Shown here piece after piece: positions 1 through 8,254 of a stretch of 24,747 bases of DNA. Source of the stretch: Phycisphaeraceae bacterium (GTDB lineage Bacteria; Planctomycetota; Phycisphaerae; Phycisphaerales; Zrk34); contig JBBDRF010000061.1 in assembly GCA_040905565.1 (NCBI GenBank), positions 1-24,747 of the forward strand. Reading direction: 5' to 3'. The notes under the pieces are model-generated. The model searched no databases. It saw nothing but the letters and a program-made list of their open reading frames with translations, and was not told the origin of the DNA. The first letter of the stretch is position 1. Every line of letters begins with the position of its first letter. The position numbers and the translations under genes were made by a program.

Positions 1-52
<52 letters not shown>

Positions 53-196
53 GATTTCCTTAGACGTGGGTCTGGAGCGATCCATTCTCACGACTAGTCA
101 GCACACCCTCGTTCCGGTTAGCCGGAATATCCGTGTGGCAACACACGTGTAATGGTATCCCAACTGTTCACAGGTCAAATGACCGCCAGGCTAATG

Positions 197-231
197 AAAA
201 AGGCCCGTACCTCACGGTATGGGCCTTTTTT
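197..231 (+). terminator. Intrinsic terminator after the 16S gene
   Basis: AAAAAGGCCCGTACC-TCAC-GGTATGGGCC-TTTTTT; GC stem with a G-U pair on + strand and a U-tract. Confidence 0.88.
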
Positions 232-397
232 GTGCGCGCAGATCGTAGTAGCGACCGAGGCGTTGCAGCGATCCGCTTGCGGCCGCTCTCCCTCGATGCG
301 GGAGTGGTCGGGTGAGGCGGTTCCGGGGACGCGCGTAGCGTAACGAAGCACGCCCGCCGGGTCGCATCTGTTCGCCAATGTGGGCAGGTTCGTTCGG

Positions 398-471
398 GTG
401 CCGCTGGCGGCTCGTCTACCAGTGGCCGATCCGTGGAGTAAACACACTGGTGGACACGCCAACAGTGGCAC
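398..471. repeat. Inverted pair of REP-like palindromes
   Basis: GTGCCGCTGGCGGCTCGTCTACCAGTG (398-424) is an imperfect reverse complement of CACTGGTGGACACGCCAACAGTGGCAC (445-471); each unit is itself palindromic; 20 nt spacer. Confidence 0.65.
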
Positions 472-583
472 AAATCCCCACCCCAACTTTCTCCGCCAGG
501 GAGACGGAGCACGGAAATCTGCCAGCGGACGCATCATGCACTGACGGTCTCGCCTCGCGATCATTGATTGGTGTCGGCCCAAG

Positions 584-615
584 AAAAAACCCCGACGGGC
601 GGCCGTCGGGGTTTT
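584..615 (-). terminator. Intrinsic (probably bidirectional) terminator of the sigma-70 gene
   Basis: AAAACCCCGACGG-GCGG-CCGTCGGGGTTTT perfect stem with A/T tracts on both sides, about 23 nt past the stop at 639. Confidence 0.88.
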
Positions 616-638
616 GAGTTTAATGATCGCGGGGTTGC

Positions 639-1595
639 TTATTTCCCTTCGGCGGCTTGGCGCGCCTGTTCCAGAGCGGCACCGTCGATAAAGGAGTCCT
701 CGAGGGTGCGGCGGATTTTCTCCAGCGCCTTGTTCTGGATCTGCCTGACGCGCTCCTTGGTGAGGCCGACGATCTGCCCGACCTGTTCCAAGGTCAACGG
801 TGCCGCCTGTTCGCCACGGTTCAAAGCGAACCGATGTGAAATCACAGCCTGCTCCACGTCCGTCAACTCCGCACGGTTGCTCGAGACGATCCGAAGCACC
901 TCGTCGGCGCACTCGTCTTCGTGCTCATCGAACCGTTTACGCTGATGGTCGCTGCGCTCCAGCGCCGGATCGAAGTCCGTCGGGAACAGCTGGCGATACT
1001 GGCTGTGCTTCATGCCCGATCGGCTGAAGGCCTTGAGGATGGCGCGGCAGGCGTAGGTGCTGAACTTGAAGCCACGTGCCACGTTGAACTTATCGATCGC
1101 ACGCAGCAGGGCCATGTTGCCCTCGCTGATGAGATCGGCGAAGTCCATGTCACTATGGCGGACCCGCTTGGCCATGGCCAGCACCAGGGCGAGGTTGCTC
1201 TGGGCAATCTGGTCCCGCAGCCTTACCGACAGGTCGTTCCACTTGAGAAGTTCACGTGCGTTGGTGTCCGAGACAGCCTTTTCGCCGACCTTCTCCTGAA
1301 GTTTCGACACGCGGTACCTGGCGTAATTGAACTGCAGGAACAGGGCTCGCTCCTGCTTGGCCGTGAGCACGACGTTCACCACGCTTTTGAGGTTGCGGTC
1401 GGTCGAAAGATCCTCCATGACCGGGTGGTACCAACTGGTGTTGGGCTTGGGGATTTCGGGCGCTTCCTCGAAGATAGCCTTCTCCGCGCCGCGTTCGTGG
1501 AAACTTTCGTCATCGACGAAGTCCATGGGCTCGGAGAGGATCTCTTTCAGGAGCTCTTGTTCCCGCGGCGAAAGCTGCGACGTCGACGGCTCCAT
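639..1595 (-). CDS. Sigma-70 family RNA polymerase sigma factor (planctomycete alternative type; start may extend to 1661)
   Basis: Region 2 motifs SNLALVLAMAK, DLISEGNMALLRAIDKF, GFKFSTYA; region 4 HTH LTLEQVGQIVGLTKERVRQIQNKALEKIR. Confidence 0.93.
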   Translation of the reverse strand: MEPSTSQLSPREQELLKEILSEPMDFVDDESFHERGAEKAIFEEAPEIPKPNTSWYHPVMEDLSTDRNLKSVVNVVLTAKQERALFLQFNYARYRVSKLQEKVGEKAVSDTNARELLKWNDLSVRLRDQIAQSNLALVLAMAKRVRHSDMDFADLISEGNMALLRAIDKFNVARGFKFSTYACRAILKAFSRSGMKHSQYRQLFPTDFDPALERSDHQRKRFDEHEDECADEVLRIVSSNRAELTDVEQAVISHRFALNRGEQAAPLTLEQVGQIVGLTKERVRQIQNKALEKIRRTLEDSFIDGAALEQARQAAEGK

Positions 1596-2066
1596 CGCCA
1601 CCGTACGTTTGCGCCTCAGTTGATCGAGCGGGCTATTATTTTTAATCAGAATGCTTCGCATGTTCGCGTCTCCAGCGGGAGCGGTCGGTTGAATTTGCCA
1701 CTCCCATGGTCTTTTGTACGTCGTCGCTGGGAGAATGTTTTCGCAATCAGCGTGCCATGTGCCGAATTTATCTGAGAAAGTACGTACACATACTGTGTCA
1801 GTTGCTCGCGGGGATGAAAGACCCTATAGCTTCGCCCGATCGGCTGAGGGGGTCGAAAACGGCCTCCGGGGGGCCCTCGGCGAGCCGACGATTTCGCTTC
1901 GGGAGTGGAAATCGCCGATAGGCGCCGGCGGGAACGGGGTGCAGAAAGTGCGTTATCCACATTGGGGACGCCTGGGCGTGCCGAGGGCGTGAAAGTATGC
2001 GCAACAGATTGTGCATCATGGGTTTGCCTTCGTCGTCGCATTCGTGGGAACTTTGTGCAAAACTTT

Positions 2067-2091
2067 TGAACCTTCTCGCAAACCGGGCGTA
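2067..2091 (+). promoter_or_regulatory. Candidate ECF-sigma promoter
   Basis: TGAAC-N16-CGTA matches the general ECF AAC-N16-CGT layout and lies about 8 nt upstream of the hairpin array. Confidence 0.5.
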
Positions 2092-2099
2092 TCAATGGT

Positions 2100-2260
2100 G
2101 GTCGGATGAGGCGTTCCCCCCCCCCAATAAAGCGTCTCATCTTTGGGTGTCTGTCCCCGGCACCCGACCCTGAGCACCTTTCCCCGGGTGCTCAAAATTG
2201 AGCACTTCCCCGGTGCTCAACTCTTCGGGCGCCTGGCCGTCCCCTACCAGGCGCCTTTTT
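2100..2260 (+). ncRNA. Candidate sRNA with five UCCCC-loop hairpins
   Basis: Hairpins at 2105-2141, 2145-2165, 2171-2194, 2198-2220 and 2228-2255, all with C-rich (T)CCCC loops; G-U wobbles all on + strand; last hairpin followed by TTTTT; no credible ORF. Confidence 0.68.
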
Positions 2261-2270
2261 GTACCTCCTG

Positions 2271-2311
2271 AAGACGGCGGGCAGCAATCCCGAGCTGCCC
2301 GCCGTTTTTTT
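2271..2311. terminator. Intrinsic terminator between the candidate sRNA and mug
   Basis: AAGACGGCGGGCAGC-AATCCCGA-GCTGCCCGCCGTTTTTTT; long GC stem with a T7 tract on +; may also stop mug on -. Confidence 0.8.
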
Positions 2312-2378
2312 GCGCCATGCCGCTTTGGTGTTGTATCGGCATTCGAAGCATCGGCCCGGCAATTCGAGCCCTTAACTG

Positions 2379-2939
2379 TCAATCCTTCTGGACGTATAGA
2401 TGCTCTCGCAGTTCACGGAATAAACGCGCCAGGTCATCTAACTGATAGTGGGCGTTGATGCCTGAGGGGTTCGGCAGCACCCAGACGGCCGCGTCTTCGA
2501 TTGTCCGCTCCTGCCGGCCGAGCCTGGCGCGGGGCTGATCGAAAGCGGTGCGGTACGCGGTGATGCCGACCACCGCCAGGCAGCGAGGCCGACGCTCAGC
2601 GACCTTCTCCCGCAGCCGTTGCCCGCCTTCGCGCAGTTCCTGCCGCGTAAGTTCGTCGGCCCGGGCAGTGGCGCGGTTCACCAGATTTGTCAATCCACAG
2701 CCGTAACGCGGCAGCAGATGATCTTCGAACGGTGAGAGTTGCCGGTCAGTGAATCCCGCCTGGTGCAGCGTCGGCCAGAACCGGTTGCCCGGCCGGGCAA
2801 AGTGACGCCCCGTTGCTGCGGAATACAGGCTCGGATTGATCCCGCAGAAGACGACCTTCACGCCCCGCGGCCAAACATCACGCAACTGCCCGTCCCGCGC
2901 GGCTTGAAGATCGGCTCGGCTGATGGCGGGTCGCTTCAT
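2379..2939 (-). CDS. mug: G/U mismatch-specific DNA glycosylase (UDG family 2)
   Basis: Motifs VFCGINPS, HFARPGNRFW, GLTNLV, WVLPNPSG. Start at MKRPA chosen for the upstream GGAAGAGG. Confidence 0.93.
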   Translation of the reverse strand: MKRPAISRADLQAARDGQLRDVWPRGVKVVFCGINPSLYSAATGRHFARPGNRFWPTLHQAGFTDRQLSPFEDHLLPRYGCGLTNLVNRATARADELTRQELREGGQRLREKVAERRPRCLAVVGITAYRTAFDQPRARLGRQERTIEDAAVWVLPNPSGINAHYQLDDLARLFRELREHLYVQKD

Positions 2940-3044
2940 GCTTGCCTCTTCCATCTGAGGGAACACCAGCATGGCCACGGTGAAAACATAAGCCTACGAT
3001 CCTGCAAGGAATACTCCGAGTCACTTTACATTAAGGGGCACTTT

Positions 3045-3542
3045 ATGATGATGAGGCATGTATCGACGGCGGCGGCTGTGTTGTTGACGTTTGCGGTCGC
3101 AGGTTGGGGCGTCGCGGCGGTGGGCGAAGATGCGGAGGGCGATCGGCACGACGATCACGTGATGGTGACGCCTGAGCAGGTCGATTGGAAGCCCGGCCCG
3201 CCGTCGCTGCCGGAGGGGTCGGAAATGGCGGTGCTGGAGGGCGATCCGGCGGAGCCTGCGTTTTTTGTGATGCAGTTGAAGCTACCCGACGGTTACGTGA
3301 TCCCGCCGCATCGGCATCCGGGAGTGGAGCGGGTGACGGTGCTCAAGGGGACGTTTCATCTTGGGATGGACGAGGAATTTGACGCCGCGGCCACGAATGC
3401 GTTGCCGGTGGGCAGCTACTTTTCGATGCCGCCGGGCATGGTCCACTTCGCGCAGGCGGAGGGGGAGACGGTGGTCCAGCTCTCGACGATCGGCCCGTGG
3501 ATCATCAACTATGTGGATCCTGCGGACGATCCGCGGCAGTGA
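3045..3542 (+). CDS. Secreted cupin-domain protein
   Basis: Signal peptide; cupin motifs IPPHRHPGVERVTVLKG and MPPGMVHFA; AAGGGG upstream of ATG. Confidence 0.85.
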   Translation: MMMRHVSTAAAVLLTFAVAGWGVAAVGEDAEGDRHDDHVMVTPEQVDWKPGPPSLPEGSEMAVLEGDPAEPAFFVMQLKLPDGYVIPPHRHPGVERVTVLKGTFHLGMDEEFDAAATNALPVGSYFSMPPGMVHFAQAEGETVVQLSTIGPWIINYVDPADDPRQ

Positions 3543-3557
3543 CGGGTAGTGCTAGAT

Positions 3558-4700
3558 CTAGTCGTTGGCCATGACGGCGTGCTGGATCCAGCCGCCGCCG
3601 AGGACCCGGTCGCCTTCGTAGCAGACAACGGCCTGGCCGGGGGCGACGGCGTATTGCGGCTCGTCGAACTGGATGCGGAGTTGCTCGTCGATCGCTTCGA
3701 CGGTCGCGTCGACGCCGCCGTGGTTGTAGCGAATTTTTGCACGGCAGGGCTTCACCTCACCCGGCTGCAACGGCTTCGCGAGCCAGCTGATCTGGTCGGC
3801 GACGCAGCCGACGGCGGCGAGCTTTTCGCGGGGGCCGACGGTGATGGTGTTCGCCTCGGCATCCTTATCGACAACGTAGATCGGATAACCGAGCGCGACG
3901 CCGACGCCTCGACGCTGGCCGATCGTGAAGTGCTGATGGCCCTCGTGCTCGCCGACGATTTGCCCGTCGGTGTCGCGGATCTCACCGGGCGACATGGACT
4001 CGGGCCGCTTGCGTTTGATCAGCCCGGCGTAATCCATGTCGGGGACGAAGCAGATCTCCTGCGAGTCGGGCTTATCGAAGACGGGCAGGTCGAGCTGCCT
4101 GGCAAGTTCGCGAATTTCAGGTTTCTGATAGCCGCCGACCGGCAGCAGCATGCGTTCGAGGCGGCCGGTGCCTTGGCCGAAGAGGACGTAGCTTTGATCT
4201 TTGCCGGGGTCGACGCCGCGCAGCAGGATCGGTTGATTTTCGGCGTCGCGATCGATGCGGGCATAGTGGCCGGTGGCAACATAGTCGGCATCGATGGAGC
4301 GGGCGTAGTCGGCGAGCTTGCCGAATTTCAGCCAATCGTTGCAGCGGACGCAGGGGTTGGGGGTGCGGCCCGCATCGTACTCGTCCATGAAGTAGTCGAT
4401 GATGCGGCCGAAATCCCGCTTAAAATTCAGCACGTACAGCGGGATGTTCAGCTTCGCGGCGACGTGCTGGGCGTCCTTGGCGTCGTTGATGGAGCAGCAG
4501 CCCTGGTGGCCGATCTTCACCTTGCTCGGATCGCACGCTTCGTTTGCGGGGACGAGTTGGTCGAGCGTTTCGCCCGGGCTGCCGAGCCGCATGAAGCAGC
4601 CGACGACTTCGTAACCCTGCTGCTGGAGCAGGGCCGCTGCGACGGAGGAATCGACGCCGCCGCTCATCGCGACGAGCACTTTTTTCTTGCGATCAACCAT
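3558..4700 (-). CDS. mnmA: tRNA-specific 2-thiouridylase (start 4700 or 4709)
   Basis: PP-loop AMSGGVDSS, TPNPCVRCN, ATGHYA, KDQSY, DSQEICF, TIGQRRG, APGQAVV. Confidence 0.97.
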   Translation of the reverse strand: MVDRKKKVLVAMSGGVDSSVAAALLQQQGYEVVGCFMRLGSPGETLDQLVPANEACDPSKVKIGHQGCCSINDAKDAQHVAAKLNIPLYVLNFKRDFGRIIDYFMDEYDAGRTPNPCVRCNDWLKFGKLADYARSIDADYVATGHYARIDRDAENQPILLRGVDPGKDQSYVLFGQGTGRLERMLLPVGGYQKPEIRELARQLDLPVFDKPDSQEICFVPDMDYAGLIKRKRPESMSPGEIRDTDGQIVGEHEGHQHFTIGQRRGVGVALGYPIYVVDKDAEANTITVGPREKLAAVGCVADQISWLAKPLQPGEVKPCRAKIRYNHGGVDATVEAIDEQLRIQFDEPQYAVAPGQAVVCYEGDRVLGGGWIQHAVMAND

Positions 4701-4811
4701 AGCGTGCATGATAGCGGCCCGAGCGCGGGAGGACATACCGCAGCTCATTTGCGGCCGGCTGTTATGCTCAGGGGCGGACATTGAGACTTCTCACACGGAG
4801 CGAACCTGCTT

Positions 4812-4994
4812 ATGGACCCGCACATCGACCCCAAAACGTACGCGCAGATCGAAGAGATGATCACGTCGGCGGACAGCCCCGTCGGCATCGACGCCAAGAA
4901 AACCCACGTGCTTATCCTGCACAAGCTCACGCAGATCGAACAGCGGCTGGCGCGGCTGGAGCGGCATGCCGAGGGCGAGAAACGCAGCGGCTGA
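4812..4994 (+). CDS. Small hypothetical protein (60 aa) with C-terminal coiled coil
   Basis: GGAG upstream, high GC3 codon use, divergent from mnmA, protein-like composition (SPVGIDAKKTHVLILHKL..IEQRLARLE). Confidence 0.72.
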   Translation: MDPHIDPKTYAQIEEMITSADSPVGIDAKKTHVLILHKLTQIEQRLARLERHAEGEKRSG

Positions 4995-5011
4995 CGCATC
5001 ATTCAGCGCAT

Positions 5012-5047
5012 AAAAAGGCGACGTGTTGCCGAAGCAAACACGCCGCC
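5012..5047 (-). terminator. Intrinsic terminator downstream of the NHL gene
   Basis: Minus strand GGCGGCGTGTTTGC-TTCG-GCAACACGTCGCC-TTTTT, with a cUUCGg tetraloop and U-tract. Confidence 0.75.
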
Positions 5048-5158
5048 CGTCCGGGGTAACCTGTGTTCTGTGGAACGTTTGTTCCGTAGCTAATACGTCG
5101 GCTGAGTCGCCGAGGTTCGCGATGAAAAGGGAATTATTCGATTCACTGCGGATTCGGA

Positions 5159-6220
5159 TCAGTCCTGGACGTGATTCAGTCGGCTGATGCGTCCGGAGCG
5201 GTTCCAGTCCATGACGTAGAGGTTGCCGTCTGCGTCGTACGACACGCCGTGGGGCGCGGTGAAGACCGCTTCCTTCCACTGGGCGGGCGGCACGCCGAAG
5301 TTCGCCCGCTGGCCTTCATCGGGGTTGTCGCCGAGCACCGAGATCACCTTGTTCGTGCTGTCGATCACAGCCACGCGACCGGCAAGTTCAGCAATGGCGA
5401 CCTTGTCACCACGGATGGAAACGGAGCAGGGCCGACGCAGGCCGGTGGTGATCACCGCAAGGAAGTTGCCCTCGAGGTCGAAGTGCTGCAGCCGACGATT
5501 TTCCCGGTCGGCGACCAGAAGCTTCGGCTCACCGTCGCGTGCGTCGATGGCGATGCCGTGACAGGTTTGGAACTTGCCGGGCTCGCTGCCGGGCCCGCCG
5601 AAGCTGCGGACGTATTCGCGGTCGGCATCAAACTGATGGATCCACTGCGTGCCGTAGCCGTCGGCGACGAAAATGGCGCCGTTGGGCGCAACCGCGACGC
5701 TGGTGGGGTTGTATTGGTTGGGGTCGTCGTACTTGCCGGACTCCGTGGGCGCGCCATCGATGGACCAGACGATCTCGCCGTCGAGCGTAAGCTTGACGAC
5801 ACGCTTGCCTGCGAGGTGGGCGGCGTAGATGAACTCCTCGCCGTCTTCTTCGCGGAGCGTCATGCCGTGGATGCCCGTCATGCCCGGCGCAATGCCCTTC
5901 ACCGGTTCGCCTTCGGGCGTGTAGACGAGGATGCCGTTTTCGCCGCTGTCCATGCTGAAGTAGATCAGCCCTTCGTTGTCGACGACGATGCCGCCATGCG
6001 TCGCGCCCAGTTGCGAGCGGCCCTCGGGCAGCTGGCACCAGTTGGGGACGCTTTCATAGGTCGCCTCGCCCTTGCCGACGCGCACCGCATCGGTCACGGC
6101 CGCAGCATCGGCAGGGGGGTGCTCATGGTCGGCGTCCTCGCCGTGACCGAAAGCGACCGACGTGCCGCACATTGCCACGACAGGGAGAACCATCCAAAGA
6201 CTTCGATGAAGAACAGGCAT
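5159..6220 (-). CDS. Secreted NHL-repeat beta-propeller protein (PAL-like)
   Basis: Signal peptide MPVLHRSLWM..AFG; NHL repeats PTSVAVAPNGAIFVADGYG, FQTCHGIAID, VADRENRRLQHF, FTAPHGVSYD; GGAG RBS. Confidence 0.88.
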   Translation of the reverse strand: MPVLHRSLWMVLPVVAMCGTSVAFGHGEDADHEHPPADAAAVTDAVRVGKGEATYESVPNWCQLPEGRSQLGATHGGIVVDNEGLIYFSMDSGENGILVYTPEGEPVKGIAPGMTGIHGMTLREEDGEEFIYAAHLAGKRVVKLTLDGEIVWSIDGAPTESGKYDDPNQYNPTSVAVAPNGAIFVADGYGTQWIHQFDADREYVRSFGGPGSEPGKFQTCHGIAIDARDGEPKLLVADRENRRLQHFDLEGNFLAVITTGLRRPCSVSIRGDKVAIAELAGRVAVIDSTNKVISVLGDNPDEGQRANFGVPPAQWKEAVFTAPHGVSYDADGNLYVMDWNRSGRISRLNHVQD

Positions 6221-6345
6221 ACGAATAACTCCGATTTTTGATGAGGTTTGCGTCAACGCGACCGCGATCAGCCAGTATAACAGAGCCGGTTGACCATGTG
6301 CCAATACGCGGCAACCTCTTTCGAAAGCTTCCAAGCGGCAGGGTT

Positions 6346-6354
6346 TGCTACAAT
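6346..6354 (+). promoter_or_regulatory. Extended -10 element
   Basis: TGCTACAAT (TGn-TAnnnT), 45 nt upstream of the transporter ATG. Confidence 0.45.
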
Positions 6355-6398
6355 CGTGCCCCTTCACGAAACGGCGCAGGTTCAGGCGTGCAGGCACG

Positions 6399-7595
6399 AT
6401 GTCACATCCAACGCTCGACAACCCACCCGAGGCCGCCGCCGTCGATGCCCCGCCGCCGCCGCCTTGGCTCCGCTTCGATCGACACGAACTGGCGGGCAGC
6501 TTCGGCGATATCGGCACCGACCTGCCCCTGTTGATCGGGATGATCCTCGCAGCCGGCCTCGACCCCGCGGGCGTGTTCATCATGTTCGGCCTGCTGCAGA
6601 TCTTCAGCGGACTCGCCTACGGTCTGCCGATGCCGATGCAGCCGCTCAAGGCCATGGCCGTCATCGTCATCACCCAGGGCGTGACGGGCGATGTGCTCTT
6701 CGGCGCGGGCCTGGCGATCGGCGTGATGATGTTGCTGCTCACCCTCAGCGGCGCCCTCCAAGCCCTTGCCCGGCTCATCCCCCCATGCGTCGTCCGCGGC
6801 CTGCAGTTCGGGCTCGGCCTCGCGCTGGCGTCGCTGGCGGTGCGGGATTACATCCCCCACCTCGGCTACGAAGGGTACGCCCTCGCCGCTGCAGGCTTCA
6901 CGCTCATGATCATCTTCCAGGGCAGTCGGCGCTGGCCCGCGGGGCTGCTGGTGATCGGGCTCGGCGTGATCTACGCACTGGTGTTCCGATTCGATGGTGC
7001 GACGGTGGTGGGGGGGATGGCGTGGTCGCTGCCGCGTTTCGAGGTGCCCGGCATGGAAGCGATCCTCACCGGGCTCATCGTGTTGTCGCTGCCGCAGCTG
7101 CCGCTTTCGCTTTCCAATTCCGTGATCGCCACGCGCCAGACCATCGCCGACCTGTTCCCGCATCGCCGCGTGGGCGTCAGGAAAATCGGGCTCACCTATT
7201 CACTGGTCAACCTGACCGTCCCGTTCTTCGGCGGCATCCCGCTCTGCCACGGCTGCGGCGGCCTCGCAGGCCACTACGCACTCGGGGCACGCACCGGCGG
7301 ATCGGTCCTCATCTACGGCAGCCTCTTCGTCATCGTCGGCCTGCTGTTCAGCCCCGTCTCCACCGAAGCGCTCGCGGTGTTCCCCAAGCCGATCCTCGGC
7401 GTCGTCCTCCTTTTCGAAGCGCTCATCCTCATGCGCTTCGTCCAGGACCAGGCCGGCTCCCGCAAACACTTCATGCTCGCACTGCTCGTCGGCGTCCTCG
7501 CGTTCACGTTGCCCCAGGGTTTTCTCGTCGGCCTCATCGTCGGCACGGGTTTGTATTATCTCTCCGAACACCGGGACGGCCTGGGCGATTTCTGA
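6399..7595 (+). CDS. Putative molybdate/sulfate transporter (MOT1-like)
   Basis: ELAGSFGDIGTDLP, GLPMPMQPLKAMA, PQLPLSLSNSVIAT, PLCHGCGGLAGHYALGARTGGS; multiple TM helices. Confidence 0.88.
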   Translation: MSHPTLDNPPEAAAVDAPPPPPWLRFDRHELAGSFGDIGTDLPLLIGMILAAGLDPAGVFIMFGLLQIFSGLAYGLPMPMQPLKAMAVIVITQGVTGDVLFGAGLAIGVMMLLLTLSGALQALARLIPPCVVRGLQFGLGLALASLAVRDYIPHLGYEGYALAAAGFTLMIIFQGSRRWPAGLLVIGLGVIYALVFRFDGATVVGGMAWSLPRFEVPGMEAILTGLIVLSLPQLPLSLSNSVIATRQTIADLFPHRRVGVRKIGLTYSLVNLTVPFFGGIPLCHGCGGLAGHYALGARTGGSVLIYGSLFVIVGLLFSPVSTEALAVFPKPILGVVLLFEALILMRFVQDQAGSRKHFMLALLVGVLAFTLPQGFLVGLIVGTGLYYLSEHRDGLGDF

Positions 7596-7612
7596 TGGCT
7601 GATGGCTGATGG
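7592..7612. repeat. Heptamer tandem repeat (CTGATGG)x3
   Basis: Read directly across the transporter stop codon. Confidence 0.8.
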
Positions 7613-7718
7613 CAGCATCGCCGGCATCCCCGCCGAATGGTGTACCAAACGGCCGGCCGGGCAGCCGTTGCGAAGCGTGGCATAGAATCGGCTAGAACCG
7701 AATCAAAGGGGAACCGAG

Positions 7719-8168
7719 ATGAAGATGTACCTGCGCTTTGCTGGCATGATTGCCACGTCCACGCTCGCCATGTTCGGGCTCATGTACTTGAACACCTATG
7801 CCTCCGACCACCTCACCTTCAGCGAAACGCGCACCTACATGGCATTGGTGATGGGGGCCACGATGGCGGTGATCATGCTCGCCTTCATGACGCACATGCT
7901 TAAGAATTGGCGGATGAACACCGGTATCGTCGTCGGCAGTGTCATCGTCTTCGCGTTGGCGCTCTGGCTCGTGCGCAGCCAGGCCACCGTCGGCGACGTG
8001 TCATACATGAAGGCGATGATCCCGCACCACTCCATTGCGATCATGACCAGCGAACGCGCCCAGATCCGCGATCCCCGGGTCCGCGAGCTCGCCGATGAGA
8101 TCATCGAAAGCCAACGCCGGGAGATCGCCGAGATGAAGCTGCTGATCGAAGACCTCGAAGGTGAGTAA
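7719..8168 (+). CDS. DUF305 domain membrane protein
   Basis: Three TM helices then ferritin-like motif YMKAMIPHHSIAIMTS..LADEIIESQRREIAEM. Confidence 0.88.
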   Translation: MKMYLRFAGMIATSTLAMFGLMYLNTYASDHLTFSETRTYMALVMGATMAVIMLAFMTHMLKNWRMNTGIVVGSVIVFALALWLVRSQATVGDVSYMKAMIPHHSIAIMTSERAQIRDPRVRELADEIIESQRREIAEMKLLIEDLEGE

Positions 8169-8219
8169 GGCAGCCACAAGCGACATCGCCGCCGACGTAC
8201 GCTCAGCCGCCCGCCCCGC

Positions 8220-8254
8220 AATCAGAAATCAATCAAAAATCAGCAATCAGCAAT
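8220..8254. repeat. Degenerate heptamer repeat (AATCAGC-like)
   Basis: AATCAGA AATC AATCAAA AATCAGC AATCAGC AAT just upstream of zntB. Confidence 0.65.

Noticed and set aside
133..617. Short ORFs downstream of 16S
   Set aside because: They cross terminators and palindromes and have no recognisable motifs.
2171..2220. CIRCE (HrcA) operator
   Set aside because: Half-sites and spacing differ from TTAGCACTC-N9-GAGTGCTAA, and no chaperone gene is adjacent.
2100..2260. CRISPR array or tRNA
   Set aside because: No identical repeats with unique spacers, no cas genes, and no cloverleaf, TTCGA loop or CCA end.
1646..2458. ORFs in the sigma-mug intergenic region
   Set aside because: Arg/Pro-rich with no RBS, and they overlap the hairpin array.
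3549..4784. 411-aa + strand ORF
   Set aside because: Antisense shadow of mnmA, typical of high-GC DNA.
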